A stretch of 32,000 nt of DNA from Methanothermus fervidus DSM 2088. Lineage in GTDB: Archaea > Methanobacteriota > Methanobacteria > DSM-2088 > Methanothermaceae. The position numbers and the translations under genes are program-made. A model generated the notes under the pieces. That model had not been told where the DNA came from. It searched no databases and saw only the letters and a list, made by a program, of their open reading frames with translations. Positions 18,013 through 28,847 of the stretch are shown piece by piece (position 1 is the first letter of the stretch; each line of letters starts with the position of its first letter). Location of the stretch: contig CP002278.1 of assembly GCA_000166095.1 (NCBI GenBank), positions 60,001 to 92,000 of the forward strand. The letters are read 5' to 3'.

Positions 18013-19372
18013 CTATTGCCATTTCTACAACTTCAATAATTGCATCATCGATGTTTCCATAACTCTCATCTATAACTACAGGAATATTATCACAATATAC
18101 AACATCTAGACCAGCTTCTATAGCTACCCTAGTTGCAACGTCAACAGCTGCAGCCTTTAATTCCGTCAACATTAAATCTGCCTTGTTTATATATTTTTTT
18201 AAATCTCTACGTAATAATGGACGATTTGATAAATGTGGTGTGACACCTACCACATCGCATCCATATTTACTTTCTAGATAATTAACTAATTTCCCTACAA
18301 CAACTTTTGGTGCTGTAGTTGCAAATAACACTTTTTTACCTTCAACATTGCCTACTGGTTTAGGTCTAAATACAGTAGGAATAACATTTGCTGATGGATT
18401 TATTTCTTTTATAAATTTTTCTACCTTTTTAATTTTTTCTGTAGTTGCCATAGGTTCTTCACACATTGTTATTATGACAAGATCTGCTAATCCTATCCTA
18501 AATGGTCCAAAGAAATTGTTAATATTTATCATTGGCTGATTTGCACCAACTGTAACTATTTGCCTATTTGTTTTAACAGGAGGTATTGCTGCTCCACTAC
18601 CTTCCATTATAACAAAGTCAGAATCTAATTTATTGGCAATTTCAGCACCTCTTTTCACATTTGTTATGAATGTATCACCAAGCATTCCACCGCCACATCT
18701 TCTACATCCGACTGTAAGAATTCTACTCATTAATGCATCTTCCCAATGATCTGATGCTGCATGTACACCTTTATCAGCTTGTTCTAATAAATATTCAGCT
18801 GTTATTTCTATTTTATTTCCTTCTACTATTTCAGGTTCTCGTGGTCCTCCACGACCCATCGCAACTACACATGGATTGTATTTATGTTTATGAATGACTC
18901 TTGCAGCATATGCAGATACCGCAGTTTTTCCTATTCTTTTTCCAGTTCCTATAATTTTAATCGATGGCTTTTCTAACACATCATATTCTGTAAGTGGTTC
19001 AAATTTAAAATCAGCGCCCTGATATACAGCGCCTTCTTTTAGAACTATGGATGCTATTCTAAATCTTTTTGTATAATCTACAACAGGTTCATCACTTAAA
19101 TCCATAACTATATCAGCATTATATTTTTTTACACATTTTTTTATTACATCATATGGTATTTTTTTTGGATCAGGCCCAAAAAAAACTGGTTTTCCTAATT
19201 TTTCAGAATATTCTTTAGGATCTTCAATTTGGAGTTTTTCAGTTCCCCCAATGAATACTACAGCTACAACGTCTATATGTTCAAGATCATCCAATATTTC
19301 AATAGAATCTTTAACTACAGGAAAATAATGTTCACCATCTACTAAGCATATCATTTTTTTAGTTTCACCCAT
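17990..19372 (-). CDS. cpgS: Cyclic 2,3-diphosphoglycerate synthetase
   Basis: 460-aa protein with an N-terminal [11 protein letters not shown] region and a central [13 protein letters not shown]-loop-like motif. This matches my recollection of the cDPG synthetase family of hyperthermophilic methanogens. RBS AAGGAGGA upstream of the ATG. Confidence 0.8.
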
Positions 19373-19419
19373 TTTTATCCTCCTTAGCTTTGGTATAATT
19401 ATATTGTAATCGTGTTTTG

Positions 19420-19826
19420 ATAAGTAAACTATTCCACAAAGTTTCTACCTCATCGAGGAAACTTGTCTGAGGCTATCTAATTTGTAGAAGATAGCCTTGG
19501 GCAGAGGTATTATCCAGACAGATTATTAAGGCTGTCTCTCCCTCTCATTTTTATTCACATATTGATATATTTAATAATCTCTATCTTATTTTTCATGGCT
19601 TAGCGTTATAACGTTTCTTTTGGATTTACTTCCGAATACTGGCTTTTAGCTTTGTATTAATAAGTGAAGGAATTTACCGAAAGGCATCCAAAAATTTGAG
19701 TAAATTATGATTTTTTAACTATATTTCTTCTTATCTTAAGTTATATATTATTGAATAACTATAAATGCTTTTCAGCTCTCACCTCCACACGTTCGCATGG
19801 AGATTTCTCGCCGATAGAATTTAAAT
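19420..19826. repeat. Copy B of the paralogous noncoding intergenic element (partner at 4564-4918)
   Basis: Same three conserved blocks in the same order and orientation as copy A. It also contains two extra perfect hairpins (19470-19497 and 19503-19545). No ORF is present. Confidence 0.7.
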
Positions 19827-19875
19827 GAAAATTGTCATTAATAATGATTGAAGATAATTTTCTGGAGGTCTAAAA

Positions 19876-21525
19876 TTGATAAGCGACGAAATAAAAAAAG
19901 GTGTAGAAAGGAGTCCACATAGGGCATTGCTTAGGGCGTGCGGTGTCACAGATTCAGATTTTGATAAACCCTTTATAGGAATTGCCAATAGTTTTACAGA
20001 AATAGTACCAGGTCATATACACCTTAAAAAATTATCTAAATTTGTTAAGTTGGGAATTAGCCAAGCAGGTGGAGTGCCTTTTGAATTCAATACAATAGCA
20101 ATATGTGATGGTATAGCTATGAATCATGAAGGAATGAAATATTCTCTTGCATCTAGAGAACTTATAGCTGACAGTATTGAAAGCATGGCTAAAGCTCATT
20201 GCTTTGATGGATTAGTGTTATTGTCTTCATGTGATAAAATAATACCAGGAATGCTAATGGCTGCAGCAAGATTAAACATCCCATCTATAGTTATAACAGG
20301 AGGTCCTATGTTACCTGGAGAATTTAATGGTAAAGTTGTAGATTTGATAGATGTATTTGAAGGAATAGGAGCTGTGAATTCTAAAAAAATGAAAAAAGAG
20401 GAATTATATAAATTAGAAGAGGTTGCATGCCCTGGCCCTGGCTCATGTGCAGGATTATTCACAGCAAATACTATGGCTTGTGTTACTGAAGCCCTTGGCA
20501 TGAGTCTTCCAGGTTGTGCAACAGCTCATGCCGTAACTTCAAAAAAAATGCATATAGCTAAATTATCTGGTCAGAAAATTGTAAAAATGGTAAAAAATAA
20601 TATGAAGCCTAGAGACATAATGACAAGAAGTGCATTTGAAAATGCAATAGCTGTTGACCTTGCATTAGGGGGATCTACAAATACAGTTTTACATTTATTG
20701 GCGATAGCAAATGAATCTAATGTGGAAATAACTTTGGACACGTTTGATGAGATAGGGAGAAAAATACCTAACATAACTTCAATTTCACCGGCTGGAAAGC
20801 ATAGAATGATTGATTTAGATAGAGCAGGTGGAGTACCTGCTATAATGAAAACATTAAAAGACAAAATAAATTTAGATACTGTTACGTGTACTGGTAAAAC
20901 TTGGAGAGAAATCCTGAGAGATTTTAAAGTGAAAGATAGGAAAGTCATAAGACCCATTGAAAAACCTATACATAAAGAAGGTGGAATAGCAATATTAAAA
21001 GGTAATTTAGCTCCAAATGGTGCAGTAGTCAAACAAAATGCTGTAAAAAAAGACATGTTAAAACATGAAGGTCCTGCAAGAGTTTTTGATAGTGAAGAAG
21101 AATGTGTTAAGGCCATTCGCAATTTTAAAATAAAAGAAGGAGATGTAGTTGTTATAAGATATGAGGGACCTAAAGGTGGTCCAGGAATGCGTGAAATGTT
21201 AAGACCAACTTCTGCCATTGTTGGAAGTGGATTAAAACGTGTTGCACTTGTTACTGATGGAAGATTTTCTGGAGGTACAAGAGGGCCATGTATAGGCCAT
21301 GTTTCACCTGAAGCCGCTGAAAATGGACCTATAGCTGCTATAAGAGATGGTGATATCATAAGCATAGATATACCAAATCGTAGGCTTGAGGTTAAACTGA
21401 AAAAAGAAGAAATATTAAAAAGACTTAAATCTATTACTAAACCTAAAAAAGAAGTAAAAGGTTGGTTAGCAAGATATCAAAAATTCGCAACATCTGCTGA
21501 TAAAGGTGCAATTTTAAGGTGTTGA
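19876..21525 (+). CDS. ilvD: Dihydroxy-acid dehydratase
   Basis: 549 aa with [29 protein letters not shown] and GRFSGGT motifs. TTG start with GGAGGT 5 nt upstream. Confidence 0.95.
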   Translation: MISDEIKKGVERSPHRALLRACGVTDSDFDKPFIGIANSFTEIVPGHIHLKKLSKFVKLGISQAGGVPFEFNTIAICDGIAMNHEGMKYSLASRELIADSIESMAKAHCFDGLVLLSSCDKIIPGMLMAAARLNIPSIVITGGPMLPGEFNGKVVDLIDVFEGIGAVNSKKMKKEELYKLEEVACPGPGSCAGLFTANTMACVTEALGMSLPGCATAHAVTSKKMHIAKLSGQKIVKMVKNNMKPRDIMTRSAFENAIAVDLALGGSTNTVLHLLAIANESNVEITLDTFDEIGRKIPNITSISPAGKHRMIDLDRAGGVPAIMKTLKDKINLDTVTCTGKTWREILRDFKVKDRKVIRPIEKPIHKEGGIAILKGNLAPNGAVVKQNAVKKDMLKHEGPARVFDSEEECVKAIRNFKIKEGDVVVIRYEGPKGGPGMREMLRPTSAIVGSGLKRVALVTDGRFSGGTRGPCIGHVSPEAAENGPIAAIRDGDIISIDIPNRRLEVKLKKEEILKRLKSITKPKKEVKGWLARYQKFATSADKGAILRC

Positions 21526-21953
21526 AATTGAAAAAGTCAGTAGAAGACGCAATATATGTATGTTTAATCATAGTGGCAATTATTCTGTCTCAGCATATGA
21601 ACGTAGTTGTATCAGGTAGTATGGAACCTACTTTTTATAGGGGAGACATAGTATTAGTTCAGAAGGCAGATTTCTTTGGTATACATGAATTTAATCCTGA
21701 AAATTTACATAAAGGTGACATTATTGTTTATAGAGCTAGTTGGTTCCCAGAACCTGTCATCCACAGGATTATTTATGTAGGTGTAACAAAAGATGGTGAA
21801 AAATTTTATATAACAAAAGGTGACAATAACCCAGCTCCAGACCCATTACCAGTTTATCCATCCCAAGTAGTATCTAAAGTTATAGAATTCAATGACAAGC
21901 CTGTGTATATCCCAAAAATTGGTTATATAACATTATGGCTCAAGGGAATGTGA
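21519..21953 (+). CDS. Signal peptidase I, archaeal/eukaryal Sec11 type (S26B)
   Basis: N-terminal TM helix, [12 protein letters not shown] (Ser nucleophile box), HRI (His box) and GDNN. Its start overlaps the ilvD stop. Confidence 0.85.
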   Translation: MLKLKKSVEDAIYVCLIIVAIILSQHMNVVVSGSMEPTFYRGDIVLVQKADFFGIHEFNPENLHKGDIIVYRASWFPEPVIHRIIYVGVTKDGEKFYITKGDNNPAPDPLPVYPSQVVSKVIEFNDKPVYIPKIGYITLWLKGM

Positions 21954-21957
21954 GATC

Positions 21958-23640
21958 ATGTTCATGGAAATCGAAGAAAAAATAAAAAATTCCATTGTAA
22001 ATGCTTTAAAAGATTTAAATTATCCTGTTGTGGACATAAATTTAGAAGAACCTCCAAGTAAAGATTTAGGGGATTTGTCTACAAATTTATCTTTTAAGCT
22101 AGCATCTGATTTAGGCATGAATCCTGTAGATATTGCAAATAACATTGTAAACGCCATGGAAACTCCAAAATATATTTCAAAAGTAGAAACAAAAGGGCCT
22201 TACATAAATTTTTTCATAGATTATGACGCATTTGCACCAAAACTTCTAAAAAAAATTGATGAAAATTATGGTAATTTAAAATCAAAAAATAAAAAGGTAA
22301 TACTTGAACATACATCAGCCAATCCAAATGGTCCATTACATGTGGGACATTTGAGAAATGCCATAATTGGAGATTCTTTAGCTAGAATTATGAGGGCAGC
22401 AGGGTACGATGTAGAGACACATTATTATGTTAATGATATGGGAAGGCAAGTTGCAATGGTAGTTTGGGGAGCACTAAATTTAGAATTTAAAAAAGAAAAG
22501 GTAAAAAAAGATCATGAAATTGGAAAAATTTATTACCTAGCTAATAAAGCACTTGAAAATGATCCAAAAATAGAAAATGAAGTAAATAAACTGATGAAGA
22601 AATATGAAGAAGGAGATAAAAAAACCAGGAAAATTTTCAAGAATATAGTGAAAAAATGTTTAGAAGGAATTAAAGAAACATTGAAAAATTTGAACATCGA
22701 ACATGACAAATTTGTATGGGAAAGTGACTTTGTGAGAGACAGTAGCATTGAAAAAATCATTGAAAAATTGAAAAACACAGAGTATTTTTATGAATCAGAG
22801 GGTGCAATTTGTCTTAATTTAGAAAAATTTGGCATTGAAAAAGAACTTATATTAAAAAGGTCTGATGGAACATCTCTTTATGCTACCAGAGATATTGCTT
22901 ATCATTTTATGAAATCTCAGAATGCTGACATTGTAATTGATGTATTAGGTTCAGACCATAAACTTACTGCAGAACAAGTAAAAACAGTGATGAAAATTTT
23001 AAAGTCTAAACAACCAGAAATAATATTCTATGAATTTATAACACTTCCAAATGGATCTATGTCAACAAGAAAAGGAACTTTTGTGTCAGTAGATGAATTA
23101 ATAGAAGAAAGTAAAAAAAGGGCAATAGAAGAAATAAAAAAGAGAAGAAAAGATATAAGCGAAAGTGAAATGGAAAAAATAGCTGAAATTGTGAGTATAG
23201 GTGCAATAAGATATTATATAGCAAAATTGTCACCAGAAAAACATCTCACATTTAAATGGGAGGATGTATTAGATTTTGAAAAAGGTTGTGCATCAATTCA
23301 GTATGCACATGCCAGGGCATGTAAACTACTCAAAAAAGCGAAATATAAAGAAAAAGAATATGAAATTGATAAGTGGCCATTAAATGATTTAGAGATTGAT
23401 TTGATAAGAATTTTATCTAAATTTCCAAAAATTGTGGAAACTGCTGCTAAAACTAGGAAAATACACATGGCTGCACAATATGCACAAGAACTTGCAAATG
23501 CTTTTAATAGATTTTATAAACATGTTCCAGTAATAGGTTCAGAACATGAAAAAAATAGATTAGTTCTTGTAGAGAAGTGTAAGATAACCATAAATAATTG
23601 TTTAAAACTTCTTGGAATAAAAGCACCAAGTAGTATGTAA
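21958..23640 (+). CDS. argS: Arginyl-tRNA synthetase
   Basis: 560 aa with the class I HIGH motif (PLHVGHLRN), MSTRKG (a KMSKS variant), and the DALR anticodon-binding-like C-terminus ending in M. Confidence 0.95.
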   Translation: MFMEIEEKIKNSIVNALKDLNYPVVDINLEEPPSKDLGDLSTNLSFKLASDLGMNPVDIANNIVNAMETPKYISKVETKGPYINFFIDYDAFAPKLLKKIDENYGNLKSKNKKVILEHTSANPNGPLHVGHLRNAIIGDSLARIMRAAGYDVETHYYVNDMGRQVAMVVWGALNLEFKKEKVKKDHEIGKIYYLANKALENDPKIENEVNKLMKKYEEGDKKTRKIFKNIVKKCLEGIKETLKNLNIEHDKFVWESDFVRDSSIEKIIEKLKNTEYFYESEGAICLNLEKFGIEKELILKRSDGTSLYATRDIAYHFMKSQNADIVIDVLGSDHKLTAEQVKTVMKILKSKQPEIIFYEFITLPNGSMSTRKGTFVSVDELIEESKKRAIEEIKKRRKDISESEMEKIAEIVSIGAIRYYIAKLSPEKHLTFKWEDVLDFEKGCASIQYAHARACKLLKKAKYKEKEYEIDKWPLNDLEIDLIRILSKFPKIVETAAKTRKIHMAAQYAQELANAFNRFYKHVPVIGSEHEKNRLVLVEKCKITINNCLKLLGIKAPSSM

Positions 23641-23648
23641 TATTTAAT

Positions 23649-23737
23649 TATCAGATCCGGTGGGATTCATCATTTAATCAGCTAAGTCCGCCTTCATCAT
23701 TCTTTTGGTAGTCAGGGGAGGTGCATTTCATCATTAC
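23649..23737 (-). ncRNA. Box C/D sRNA locus with three consecutive C-guide-D modules
   Basis: The minus strand reads AUGAUGA-aaugcaccuccc-CUGA-(11 nt)-AUGAUGA-aggcggacuuag-CUGA-uuaa-AUGAUGA-aucccaccggau-CUGA. All boxes are perfect and all three guides are exactly 12 nt. Confidence 0.8.
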
Positions 23738-23775
23738 TAGACTTTCTATTTTGTTTCTTATTTGATATTTTTAAC

Positions 23776-23792
23776 CGAAAAATATTTATATA
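23776..23792 (+). promoter_or_regulatory. Archaeal BRE/TATA promoter for thermosome paralogue 2
   Basis: CGAAAA followed by TTTATATA at 23785-23792, about 46 nt upstream of ATG 23838. RBS GAGGTGAT at 23827-23834. Confidence 0.5.
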
Positions 23793-23837
23793 ATTACAAA
23801 CCCAGTGATAATGTGAAGAAAATTTTGAGGTGATGTC

Positions 23838-25472
23838 ATGGTAGGAGAAAGAGGAGCACAATTACAACAACCAGTGCTAATTTTACCTGAAGATACAAGA
23901 AGATACATAGGTAGAGACGCACAAAGAATGAACATTTTAGCAGGAAAAGTATTAGGAGAGACCATAAGGACAACATTAGGACCTAAAGGAATGGACAAGA
24001 TGCTTGTTGATTCTCTAGGAGACATAGTTGTCACAAATGACGGTGTAACAATTTTAAAGGAAATGGATATTGAGCATCCTGCAGCAAAAATGCTCGTTGA
24101 GGTTGCTAAAACTCAAGAGGATGAGGTTGGAGACGGTACAACAACAGCCGTTGTTTTAGCTGGAGAGTTACTCAAGAAAGCAGAAGATTTACTAGATATG
24201 GATATACATCCTACAATAATATCAATGGGTTACAGAAAAGCAGCTAAAAAAGCTCAGGAGATATTAGATGATATTGCAATAACTGCAGATGATGAAGAAA
24301 CATTGTTAAAGGTTGCAATGACAGCAATGACTGGAAAAGGTTCAGAGAAAGCTAGAAAACCACTAGCAGAGTTAGTTGTTAAAGCTGTAAAACAAGTGGA
24401 AGAGAATGGAGAAGTTGATAAAGATCATATAAAAATTGAGAAAAAAGAAGGTGGATCAGCCGACGATTCAGAACTTGTACAGGGAGTTATCATAGATAAA
24501 GAAAGAGTACACCCAGGAATGCCAAAAGAAGTGAAAAATGCTAAAATTGCTTTATTAAACTGTCCACTAGAAGTTAAGGAAACTGAAGTGGACGCTGAAA
24601 TTAGAATTACAGATCCATCACAAATGCAAAAATTTGTAGAGCAAGAAGAGGAAATGATAAAAGAGATGGTAAAGACAATAGTGGACACAGGTGCAAATGT
24701 CGTATTCTGTCAAAAAGGCATTGATGATTTAGCACAACACTATTTAGCTAAGGAAGGAGTATTAGCAGTTAGAAGAGTTAAAAAATCAGACATGGAAAAA
24801 TTATCCAAAGCAACCGGTGGTTCAATAGTAACAAATGTTAAAGATTTATCACCAGATGATTTAGGAGAAGCTGGCAGAGTAATTGAAAAGAAAGTAGCAG
24901 GAGAAGAAATGATATATGTGGAAGACTGCAAAGAACCAAAAGCTGTTACAATATTAGCAAGAGGGTCAACTGAACATGTAGTAAGTGAAGTTGAAAGAGC
25001 AATAGAAGATGCTATAGGCGTTGTGTCTGCAGTCATAGAAGATAAGAAAATAGTCGCTGGTGGAGGAGCTCCTGAAGTTGAGCTTGCAAAGAGATTAAGA
25101 GATTATGCAGAAACAGTAAGTGGAAGAGAGCAATTAGCAATTCAAGCATTTGCAGATGCATTAGAAATAATTCCAAAGACATTGGCAGAGAATGCAGGTA
25201 TGGATAGTATTGATGCATTAGTAGATTTAAGAACTGCACATGAAGAATCAACAACTATGGGACTAGATGTGTTCGAAGGAAAAGTAGTTGACATGTTAGA
25301 AGCAGGAGTTATAGAGCCATACAGAGTTAAAAAGCAAGCAGTACAATCAGCAGCGGAAGCAGCAGAAATGATATTAAGAATTGATGATGTAATTGCGGCA
25401 TCTCCAGAAGAAGAAGGTGAAGGTGAGGGTGAAGGACCTGAAGGAATGGGCGGAGAAATGCCCAGCATGTAA
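23838..25472 (+). CDS. ths: Thermosome (group II chaperonin) subunit, paralogue 2
   Basis: Same chaperonin motifs as paralogue 1. The C-terminal tail is Gly/Glu/Met-rich ([22 protein letters not shown]). The apical-domain segment is diverged from paralogue 1. Confidence 0.95.
   Translation: MVGERGAQLQQPVLILPEDTRRYIGRDAQRMNILAGKVLGETIRTTLGPKGMDKMLVDSLGDIVVTNDGVTILKEMDIEHPAAKMLVEVAKTQEDEVGDGTTTAVVLAGELLKKAEDLLDMDIHPTIISMGYRKAAKKAQEILDDIAITADDEETLLKVAMTAMTGKGSEKARKPLAELVVKAVKQVEENGEVDKDHIKIEKKEGGSADDSELVQGVIIDKERVHPGMPKEVKNAKIALLNCPLEVKETEVDAEIRITDPSQMQKFVEQEEEMIKEMVKTIVDTGANVVFCQKGIDDLAQHYLAKEGVLAVRRVKKSDMEKLSKATGGSIVTNVKDLSPDDLGEAGRVIEKKVAGEEMIYVEDCKEPKAVTILARGSTEHVVSEVERAIEDAIGVVSAVIEDKKIVAGGGAPEVELAKRLRDYAETVSGREQLAIQAFADALEIIPKTLAENAGMDSIDALVDLRTAHEESTTMGLDVFEGKVVDMLEAGVIEPYRVKKQAVQSAAEAAEMILRIDDVIAASPEEEGEGEGEGPEGMGGEMPSM
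23901..24425. repeat. About 525-bp tract identical, in inverted orientation, to about 16761-17285. Further near-identical tracts lie at 24975-25215 and 25317-25400.
   Basis: Direct codon comparison. The second tract (partner 15970-16211) has 2 mismatches. The third (partner 15786-15869) has 1 mismatch. Confidence 0.85.
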
Positions 25473-25473
25473 A

Positions 25474-26656
<1,183 letters not shown>

Positions 26657-27706
26657 TCAAAATATTTTTAATTTCTTTTTAAATTTTGCATATAAAGCAT
26701 AATCAATATATTCTTTCCTTTCTATAAATTCTTTTACTTTAGGAGTTAATTCTCTTTTTTCTTCTATTTTGTCTGTTACTTCAATTATAAATGCATCACT
26801 TCCAGCCCCAGATCCATAAGATACAGCTAATATTCTTTCACCAGGTTTTGAAACATCTAATATTGCTGCCAAGCCTAACAATGTAGATCCAGAATATGTA
26901 TTACCTATTTTAGGAACTAGAAGTCCTGTCTCAACTTGTTCTCGATCAAAACCCAATTTTTTGGCTACTTTAAGATAAAATTTACCGTTAGGCTGGTGGA
27001 AGACAGCATAATCATAATCAGATGGTTTTGTCCCTGTTTTTTCCATTATACCCTTAGCTGCAGAAATTATATGTTTGAAATATGCTGGTTCTCCAGTAAA
27101 TCTACCTCCATGTTTTGGATACGGACTGCCTTCTCTTCGATAAAAATCTGGCGTATCTGTTGTATAACTATAGGTATCTATAATATTTGCTAAACAGCCA
27201 TCATTCCCGATGATATATGCAGCGCCGCCTGCTGCGGCTGTATATTCTAAAGCATCGCCTGGAGCCCCTTGTGCGGTATCAGCTCCAATAGCAACTCCAT
27301 ATTTTATAATTCCAGATTTAACTAATCCCATACATAATTGTATGCCTGCAGTACCTGCCTTACATGCAAATTCAAGATCCGCCGCAGTCAATGTTGGGGT
27401 AGATCCAATGGCTTCTGCAACAATTGTTGCTGTTGGTTTAACAGCATAAGGATGTGATTCTGATCCGACATATATTGCACCAATATCTTTAGGATTTATT
27501 TTAGCCATTTTTAGTGCATTTCTGGCAGCTTCAACAGATATTGTAGCCGTATCTTCGTCAATGCCAGGTACAGACTTTTCTTCTACCAATAATCCACGAG
27601 ATATTGCTTTTGGATCATCTCCCCATACTCTAGCAATTTCTGATGTCTTTATTCTGTAAATTGGTATATAAACTCCATAACCAACTATTCCAACCATATC
27701 TATCAC
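26657..27706 (-). CDS. Hydroxymethylglutaryl-CoA synthase (archaeal mevalonate pathway)
   Basis: 349 aa with [20 protein letters not shown] (catalytic Cys), FHQPNGKF and GNTYSGS motifs. The true start may be the internal M at MVGIVGYG. Confidence 0.9.
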   Translation of the reverse strand: MIDMVGIVGYGVYIPIYRIKTSEIARVWGDDPKAISRGLLVEEKSVPGIDEDTATISVEAARNALKMAKINPKDIGAIYVGSESHPYAVKPTATIVAEAIGSTPTLTAADLEFACKAGTAGIQLCMGLVKSGIIKYGVAIGADTAQGAPGDALEYTAAAGGAAYIIGNDGCLANIIDTYSYTTDTPDFYRREGSPYPKHGGRFTGEPAYFKHIISAAKGIMEKTGTKPSDYDYAVFHQPNGKFYLKVAKKLGFDREQVETGLLVPKIGNTYSGSTLLGLAAILDVSKPGERILAVSYGSGAGSDAFIIEVTDKIEEKRELTPKVKEFIERKEYIDYALYAKFKKKLKIF

Positions 27707-27785
27707 TTCTTAAAAAATTAATCCTAAAAAGTAGATTGTAATTAAAAAATATAAAATTTATGTAAAAAAATAATTCAAGAAATAG

Positions 27786-27859
27786 TGCGGTTGCCGGGAT
27801 TTGAACCCGGGCTGCGGGCTTGGAAGGCCCGCGTCCTAACCAGGCTAGACCACAACCGC
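27786..27859 (-). tRNA. tRNA-Gly (anticodon UCC)
   Basis: Manual cloverleaf: acceptor GCGGUUG/CAACCGC, anticodon stem CGGGC/GCCCG with loop CUUCCAA, T arm CCGGG-UUCAAAU-CCCGG, 4-nt variable loop, discriminator A. 74 nt. CCA is not encoded. Confidence 0.95.
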
Positions 27860-27860
27860 A

Positions 27861-27934
27861 TGCGGCGTCCGGGATTTGAACCCGGGTCACTGGCGTGGCA
27901 GGCCAGCGTCTTAACCAGGCTGGACTAACGCCGC
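27861..27934 (-). tRNA. tRNA-Gly (anticodon GCC)
   Basis: Manual cloverleaf: acceptor GCGGCGU/ACGCCGC, anticodon stem CUGGC/GCCAG with loop CUGCCAC, T arm CCGGG-UUCAAAU-CCCGG, discriminator A. 74 nt. CCA is not encoded. Confidence 0.95.
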
Positions 27935-28024
27935 TCAGGGAATTTATCTTCCTTTTTACCAATAATTTTGTGTATAACTACTAATATATATATTTTGCTG
28001 TTTATCTTATGGATTTAATTTTAT

Positions 28025-28078
28025 TCTCAGACCGTCGTGAGTTCATCATTTTTTCAGAATGTAATCATTCATCATTGG
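28025..28078 (-). ncRNA. Box C/D sRNA
   Basis: The minus strand reads AUGAUGA-augauuacauu-CUGA-aaaa-AUGAUGA-acucacgacggu-CUGA. The D guide complements ACCGUCGUGAG, which I recall as a universally conserved 23S rRNA domain V segment. Confidence 0.85.
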
Positions 28079-28836
28079 GCGGGCCGTCTTCTCAATGCTT
28101 CTTTATCTAATGGTGATACATCTCCTCTATATCTATATTCATAAACTGAACGAAACTTAAGATCTTCAAAATCTTTAGTTATTCTTTTTATTTCTTTTTC
28201 TGATAATGGTTCGACAAGAGATGGCCTTAAAGGTGTATTTATATAAACGAGGTCTGGATCTAATGATTTTATTAATTCGGCTAATTCTTTGGAATATTGT
28301 TTATTTTTTTCAACAAACATTGTTTGTATTTCTAATTCTCCATCATATATTTTTCTAAATTTTTTTATCCCAGATATTATATTTCCAAGATGGATACCTT
28401 TAATGGGTCTATTTATTTCATTAAATATTTTATCGTTTGGAGCATCTACCTTTGCAATCACCTTGTCAAAATTTCTTAATATTCTCCTAACTTTTGATAT
28501 TGGCAAAGTGGAAGAATTTGTTAAGATTGCAACTGGCAGATCTACAATATCTCTCACGACCTCAAGGATCTCATCAAGATTCTTTGCGAGCGTTGGTTCA
28601 CCACAACTAGAGAAAGTTACTATATCTGCATCAATAGGCATTATTTCCTTAAGATCTCTCTTAATTCTTTTAGTATCTACAAATACATCCCTTTTATATG
28701 TTTTTTTAATCGTAGGTCCTATCTGACAATAAATACAATCAAAAGAACATGCATTTTGGCAGATAGGATCTACACCTAACGATCTTCCTAATCTCCAGGA
28801 AGGCACAGGACCATACACAGTTCTCATTTTTTTCAT
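28072..28836 (-). CDS. Radical SAM protein (YGPVPSxRLGxSLG N-terminal family)
   Basis: CSFDCIYCQ CxxxCxxC motif preceded by YGPVPSWRLGRSLGVD. Lies 11 nt downstream of the TfrA-like gene on the same strand. Confidence 0.8.
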   Translation of the reverse strand: MKKMRTVYGPVPSWRLGRSLGVDPICQNACSFDCIYCQIGPTIKKTYKRDVFVDTKRIKRDLKEIMPIDADIVTFSSCGEPTLAKNLDEILEVVRDIVDLPVAILTNSSTLPISKVRRILRNFDKVIAKVDAPNDKIFNEINRPIKGIHLGNIISGIKKFRKIYDGELEIQTMFVEKNKQYSKELAELIKSLDPDLVYINTPLRPSLVEPLSEKEIKRITKDFEDLKFRSVYEYRYRGDVSPLDKEALRRRPAQ

Positions 28837-28847
28837 CCCATTAGATT

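Noticed and set aside
20571-21365. 264-aa ORF antisense to ilvD
   Set aside because: It lies wholly within, and opposite to, a strongly motif-supported IlvD CDS. The translation is low-complexity (Ser/Pro/Leu/Phe-rich) and has no motifs. This is a typical shadow ORF.
27630-27962. 110-aa track ORF on the minus strand
   Set aside because: It is produced by the GC-rich tandem tRNA-Gly genes. The Arg/Pro/Ala/Trp-rich translation repeats itself (VTRVQIPDAA / AARVQIPATA) because the two tRNAs share the same T arm. It also runs into the 5' end of the HMG-CoA synthase gene. It is not a real CDS.
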